A DNA stretch of 64,000 nt, taken from an uncultured Bacilli bacterium (GTDB lineage Bacteria > Bacillota_I > Bacilli_A > RF39 > UBA660). The number at the start of each line of letters is the position of its first letter. Positions within the stretch are counted from its first letter, which is position 1. Location: contig CAKPCU010000004.1 of assembly GCA_934148015.1 (NCBI GenBank), positions 10,800 to 74,799 on the forward strand, in the 5' to 3' direction. Below the pieces are notes generated by a model. The model saw only the letters and a list, made by a program, of their open reading frames with translations, made no database searches and had not been told where the DNA came from. The position numbers and the translations under genes are program-made. Of this stretch, positions 59,448 to 64,000 are shown piece by piece.

Positions 59448-61784
59448 ATGAATAAAACAGATTTACCAGTAATACTATTAAGAGGAATTGTTGTGCTTCC
59501 TTACGCAGAGTTAAAAATAGATTTAATGGATGAACTTGATACAAAGATAATAGAACTTGCAAATGAAAATCATGATGGTTTAGTTATACTAATATCACCT
59601 AGAGATTTTTCAGATGAAAGTGTTCAAATAGATAAATTACCAAGACTTGGAGTAGTTGGAAAAGTAACCAAAAAAACTGTTTTGCCTAATGGTTGTATAA
59701 GAGTTACCATAGAAGGAATTAAAAGGGCTAAAATAGATTCTTATATGCAATATAAAGGAGTAGATGATGTATTTGCATGCAAAGTATCTAGTCCAACTAA
59801 ATATGCAATAGATAAAAGTGATGAAGAAATATTAGTTAGAAAATTAAAAAGAGAATTAGAAAACTATATTAATAAAGTTCCTTATGCATCAAATAGTATA
59901 TTATCTAGTATTGTAAATATTGACGGAGTAAGTAAATTAGCAGATGTTATTGCAAATTATATGCCATCTACTTTTGAAAGAAAACATGAATTTTTAGAAA
60001 CTATTAATCCTCATACTAGGGTTATGATGTGTTTAGAAGATATACAAAAAGAATTAGATGTATTTGAAATAGAAAAATCAATAGATAAAAAACTTAAAAC
60101 AGAACTTGATAAAAATCAAAAAGAATTTATTTTAAGAGAGAAAATAAGATTAATTAAAGAAGAATTAGGAGATGTTTCTTCTAAAGATGATGATGCAGAA
60201 GAAATAAGAAATAAAATTGCTAAATTAAAGGCTCCAAGTAACATTATAGAAAAGTTAAATAAAGAATTGAAAAAATATGAGTCAACTCCATCAGCTTCTC
60301 CTGAAGTTGGTATAATCAGAAATTACATTGATGTTTTACTTAGTCTTCCTTGGAATAAATATACAAAAGATAATACTAACTTAAATGAAGTTAAGGAAAA
60401 ATTAGATGAAAGTCATTATGGATTAGAGGATATAAAAGAAAGAATTATAGAATACTTAGCTGTTAAGAAAAGAAGTGTATCTAATAAATCTCCTATTATC
60501 TGTTTAGTAGGTCCTCCAGGTGTTGGTAAAACATCACTTGCATCTTCTATTGCAAATGCGATTAATAGAAAATTTGTTAAAATATCAGTAGGTGGAGTAA
60601 ATGATCCAGCTGAAATAATAGGACACAGAAGAACTTATATGGGAGCTAATCCAGGTAGAATTATTAATGCACTTAAAAAGTGTGGTTCTAATAATCCTGT
60701 ATTCTTAATAGATGAAGTAGATAAGATGACAAAGGATATTAAAGGTGATCCTGCAAGTAGTTTGCTTGAAGTATTAGACCCACAGCAAAATAATAAGTTC
60801 TATGATAACTATGTTGAAGAAGCATATGACTTATCTAAAATTATGTTTATATTAACAGCAAATTATGAAGAACAAATTCCATCAGAGTTAAGAGATAGAT
60901 TAGAAATCATTAATTTATCTAGTTATACTGAATATGAAAAGTTATTTATTGCAAAAGAACATTTAATTAAACTTTGCTTGCAAGATTATAAGTTAACTTC
61001 TGATAATATTAAATTTAGTAATGAAATAATATTAAAAATAATTAGAAATTATACTAAAGAAGCAGGCGTAAGAGAATTAGATAGAGTAATTAATAAGATA
61101 ATTAGAAGATATGTTAAAGATATGTTAAGTAAGAACTTAGATACTATAAATACTAAAGTAACTGATAAAAAGTTAGAAGAGTATTTAGGAAAGATAAAGT
61201 ATGAAGATAGTAGTATTTTAGATACTCCATCTTATGGTGTTGTAAATGGACTTGCTTATACTAAGTTTGGTGGTGAAGTGCTTCCAATAGAAGTTGTAAC
61301 ATATGAATCTAAAGAAAAATTTATTGCAACTGGTAATTTAGGTGATGTTATGATGGAAAGTACAAAAATAGCACTTGGTCATATAAAAAGTCATGCTAAA
61401 GATTATAAAGTGGATTTAGAAGCTTTAGATAAGGTTTGTATACATATAAATGCACTTGATGCTGCTGTACCTAAAGATGGCCCATCAGCAGGATGTGCTC
61501 TTGTAACTGCAATTATAAGTTCTGTAACAAAAAGATGTGTAGATAAGACCTATGCTATGACAGGAGAAATATCATTAACTGGTAAGGTTCTTCCTATAGG
61601 AGGATTAAAAGAAAAGTCTATAGGAGCTTATAGATCTGGTGTTAAAACTATATTTATACCAAAGAAAAATGAACATGACGTATCAGACATACCAAAAGAA
61701 GTAAGAGATAATATAAATATTATACTAGTTGATGATTATAAAGAAATATATGATGTAATATTTAAAAAAAGTAAGAAAAGCTAA
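59448..61784 (+). CDS. lon: ATP-dependent protease Lon
   Basis: LON N domain, Walker A GPPGVGKTS, protease domain PKDGPSAG (catalytic Ser). Confidence 0.97.
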   Translation: MNKTDLPVILLRGIVVLPYAELKIDLMDELDTKIIELANENHDGLVILISPRDFSDESVQIDKLPRLGVVGKVTKKTVLPNGCIRVTIEGIKRAKIDSYMQYKGVDDVFACKVSSPTKYAIDKSDEEILVRKLKRELENYINKVPYASNSILSSIVNIDGVSKLADVIANYMPSTFERKHEFLETINPHTRVMMCLEDIQKELDVFEIEKSIDKKLKTELDKNQKEFILREKIRLIKEELGDVSSKDDDAEEIRNKIAKLKAPSNIIEKLNKELKKYESTPSASPEVGIIRNYIDVLLSLPWNKYTKDNTNLNEVKEKLDESHYGLEDIKERIIEYLAVKKRSVSNKSPIICLVGPPGVGKTSLASSIANAINRKFVKISVGGVNDPAEIIGHRRTYMGANPGRIINALKKCGSNNPVFLIDEVDKMTKDIKGDPASSLLEVLDPQQNNKFYDNYVEEAYDLSKIMFILTANYEEQIPSELRDRLEIINLSSYTEYEKLFIAKEHLIKLCLQDYKLTSDNIKFSNEIILKIIRNYTKEAGVRELDRVINKIIRRYVKDMLSKNLDTINTKVTDKKLEEYLGKIKYEDSSILDTPSYGVVNGLAYTKFGGEVLPIEVVTYESKEKFIATGNLGDVMMESTKIALGHIKSHAKDYKVDLEALDKVCIHINALDAAVPKDGPSAGCALVTAIISSVTKRCVDKTYAMTGEISLTGKVLPIGGLKEKSIGAYRSGVKTIFIPKKNEHDVSDIPKEVRDNINIILVDDYKEIYDVIFKKSKKS

Positions 61785-61834
61785 CATTTTCTCACTTTTT
61801 TTTCATATATATATAACTAGAAAGGATGGTATGT

Positions 61835-62557
61835 ATGAAACAAATAATACCTTTTGTTAAAGATATTAACTTAAATTCTAATATATTTGAAATCACCTCA
61901 ATAGCACTTGAACATAATTTAAAAATGGAAAATAATGATTCTATAGTAGGAGTATTTACAGTAAGTGGTAAATATAAAATAAATGAAATAAGTCTTAATG
62001 AAGAATCTTTTGAAAACAATATTAATTTTGATATAACACTTGATGATAAATATGATGCATCTAAAGTAAAAATAGATATAGATGATTTTTATTATGAAAT
62101 AGTTGATGATGTATATCTTAGGGTACATATTGATGTATTAGTAGATAATTTAGTTTATGTTAAAAAGCCTTTACTTGAAGAGAAAAAGGAAGAAAAAGTA
62201 AATATAGAAGATGTTATACCTAGTATAAAAAAAATAGATGAAAGAAGTTCATCTACAAATAATATAGAAGAAGAGGTGATTGATATTAAAGAAGATGTTA
62301 AAGATATAGATAATGAAAAAACTGAAGAAAGAGATGAAAACTTTAATAAAGAAGAAATAGTTAATAATATTAGTTCTAGTTTTTTATCAGAAGAAAACTC
62401 TTTTGCAACATATAAAGTTCATATTGTAAGAGAAAGTGAGACTATAGATACTATTATAGAAAAATATAATACTACTAAAGAAGAATTGGAAAAATATAAT
62501 AGTTTAGATAATATAATATTGGGTTCTAAAATAATAGTACCAGTAAGTAATGAATAA
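61835..62557 (+). CDS. LysM-domain sporulation protein (SpoVID-like)
   Basis: C-terminal LysM (YKVHIVRESETIDTIIEKYNTTKEELEKYNSL..IIVP), acidic middle region, N-terminal domain. Followed by a CotS/YsxE-like gene, as in spoVID-ysxE. Confidence 0.55.
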   Translation: MKQIIPFVKDINLNSNIFEITSIALEHNLKMENNDSIVGVFTVSGKYKINEISLNEESFENNINFDITLDDKYDASKVKIDIDDFYYEIVDDVYLRVHIDVLVDNLVYVKKPLLEEKKEEKVNIEDVIPSIKKIDERSSSTNNIEEEVIDIKEDVKDIDNEKTEERDENFNKEEIVNNISSSFLSEENSFATYKVHIVRESETIDTIIEKYNTTKEELEKYNSLDNIILGSKIIVPVSNE

Positions 62558-63473
62558 TTGTTTGATTAAAGAAGTAGTAAGAAATTATTCTAGGGGTATT
62601 AAAAAGTGTAAATTATATTCCTCATCTGTTATATATACCGATGATAATGATAAAAAATTTGTAGCTAAAGAAAATAGTAACAATATATTAGAAATTTATA
62701 ATTATTTAAATTCTAGGGGGTTTAATTATTTACCTAAATTAGTTTATCTAAATGATAAGGGATATATTTATGAATATGAAGAAAATACTAATATGCCTGA
62801 TGAACAAAGAATAAGTGATTTAATTAAGATGGATGCATTACTTCATAATAAAACAGTGTATTATAAAGATACATCTTTAGATGAGATAAAAGAGATGTAT
62901 GAAAAGTTAAATGAACAAATAAATGATACATTTACATATTATGATAAATTGTTAAATGAAATTGAACAAAACGTATATATGTCTCCATCTTTTTATATGT
63001 TAGCAAGAAACTCATCTAGTATATTTTCATGTCTTAATTTTTGTCATAATTCTTTAGAAAAATGGTATGAAATAATGAGTAAAAAAAGAAAAAAAAGAGT
63101 AGTTCTTCTTCATAATAATTTGGATGTAGATCATATATTAAGATCTGATGATAATGTATTAATAAGTTGGAATAAATCATATAGAGATATACCAATATAT
63201 GATTTCATTAAATTATATAAAGAAAATTATAGCAAATACGATTTTAATGAGTTATATAAAGAGTATAATAAAAAATTTCCATTATTAGAAGAAGAAAAAA
63301 TGCTTCTTTTTATACTCCTTTTTATACCTGATAAAATAAAGTTTAATACTAAAGAGCTATTATCTACTATAGATGTAGGTAAGTTATGTAATTATTTATA
63401 TATAACAGATAATTTATTTATGGAAAATGAGGCAAAATATTCCAAAGAACAAGATAAGAATATCAATAAATAA
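62550..63473 (+). CDS. CotS/YsxE-family spore coat kinase-like protein
   Basis: About 300 aa with the kinase-like loop LLHNNLDVDHIL. Context with the SpoVID-like gene. Confidence 0.5.
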   Translation: MNNCLIKEVVRNYSRGIKKCKLYSSSVIYTDDNDKKFVAKENSNNILEIYNYLNSRGFNYLPKLVYLNDKGYIYEYEENTNMPDEQRISDLIKMDALLHNKTVYYKDTSLDEIKEMYEKLNEQINDTFTYYDKLLNEIEQNVYMSPSFYMLARNSSSIFSCLNFCHNSLEKWYEIMSKKRKKRVVLLHNNLDVDHILRSDDNVLISWNKSYRDIPIYDFIKLYKENYSKYDFNELYKEYNKKFPLLEEEKMLLFILLFIPDKIKFNTKELLSTIDVGKLCNYLYITDNLFMENEAKYSKEQDKNINK

Positions 63474-63602
63474 AAGAAATACCTGAAATCTTGCACATAG
63501 TATTAATGTTAATATAGCTTGATAAAATGTTATAAAGCAAAAAGCAATAACTAATATTAAATACTTGGCAAGTTTACCTCCAAATAAATTGTTAAAACGC
63601 AT
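63414..63602 (-). CDS. Possible small hydrophobic protein
   Basis: MRFNNLFGGKLAKYLILVIAFCFITFY.. has two predicted TM helices. It overlaps the 3' end of the convergent gene by 60 nt, which lowers confidence. Confidence 0.25.
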   Translation of the reverse strand: MRFNNLFGGKLAKYLILVIAFCFITFYQAILTLILCARFQVFLLFIDILILFFGIFCLIFHK

Positions 63603-63798
63603 ATTAATCACCTTTACAGTATTTTATGTAAAAGTTTATTATGTGTGTCGAACTATGTCGTACGATTTTTAAAATTGTGAAAATAGTAAAATAACATGCA
63701 GAAAATAAAATTCTGCATTTTTTTGTTGTACAAAAATTAATAAATCTGCTATAGCAAAAATTAATAATTTGTAAATAAAGGCATGCAGAAAATATCAT

Positions 63799-63827
63799 TT
63801 GCATTAAAAATTAAATTAGTATATAGT
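63799..63827 (+). promoter_or_regulatory. Candidate promoter of the dinD-like gene
   Basis: TTGCAT-N17-TATAGT. Confidence 0.4.
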
Positions 63828-63852
63828 GCATAACTGGAAAGGACTGATATAT

Positions 63853-64000
63853 ATGAATGAAATAAAGATGTGTACAAGTAAAATGTTTGAAGATATTAAG
63901 CATGTGGATGAAAGTGGTAATGAATACTGGTTAGCCCGTGAACTACAAAAAACATTAGAATATAAAGAATGGAGAAAATTTTCTGGTGTAATAGATAAAG
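63853..64000 (+). CDS. dinD: DNA damage-inducible protein D-like, 5' part (runs off window)
   Basis: MNEIKMCTSKMFEDIKHVDESGNEYWLARELQKTLEYKEWRKFSGVIDK matches the FE.IKH.DE.G.E.W.AREL...L.Y..W..F..VI.KA N-terminus as I recall it for DinD-family proteins. Absent from the ORF track because no stop lies in the window. Confidence 0.5.
   Translation, partial: MNEIKMCTSKMFEDIKHVDESGNEYWLARELQKTLEYKEWRKFSGVIDK

Noticed and set aside
63604-63804. 66-aa minus-strand ORF in the intergenic region before the dinD-like gene
   Set aside because: No RBS, an odd C/F/I-rich composition, and it spans terminator-like hairpins. More likely non-coding.

Overview
Very AT-rich chromosomal segment (by eye about 70% A+T, not computed) from a low-GC Bacillota endospore former. 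The family cannot be assigned from sequence alone. About 70 genes, nearly all on the + strand, and most are housekeeping blocks with Bacillus/Clostridium-like order: yqeG-yqeH; radC-mreC-mreD-spoIVFA/B-like-rplU-prp-rpmA-trmB-obg; lepA-hemW-hrcA-grpE-dnaK-(pepF)-dnaJ; proS; dnaG-sigA-trmK; polC-rsmD; nfo; ffh; rpoZ; recX; rnj; ftsY-ylxM; yceD-rpmF; trmR plus two U32 genes; greA; tig; lon. Sporulation genes are present (sigK 5' end, cotD-like, spoVID/ysxE-like). No rRNA, tRNA, CRISPR array or transposase was recognised. The accessory part is a type IV pilus locus at 28.2-43.9 kb (pilC, pilD, pilB, two minor pilins, a 306-aa pilin), split by polC-rsmD. It ends in the main finding at 40.47-43.97 kb: four full-length pilin genes in two convergent pairs placed mirror-symmetrically around a tyrosine recombinase. 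All four share a near-identical ~165-bp leader plus N-terminal module in inverted orientations, and the only near-consensus promoter sits inside the central segment next to the recombinase. I read this as a multi-inversion (shufflon/Hin-like) pilin variation switch. The second notable observation is that ribosomal protein L32 carries the same MLKLxIQLFA propeptide as L27, the known substrate of the Prp protease encoded in this window. All calls come from reading the sequence and ORF translations; no database search was run.
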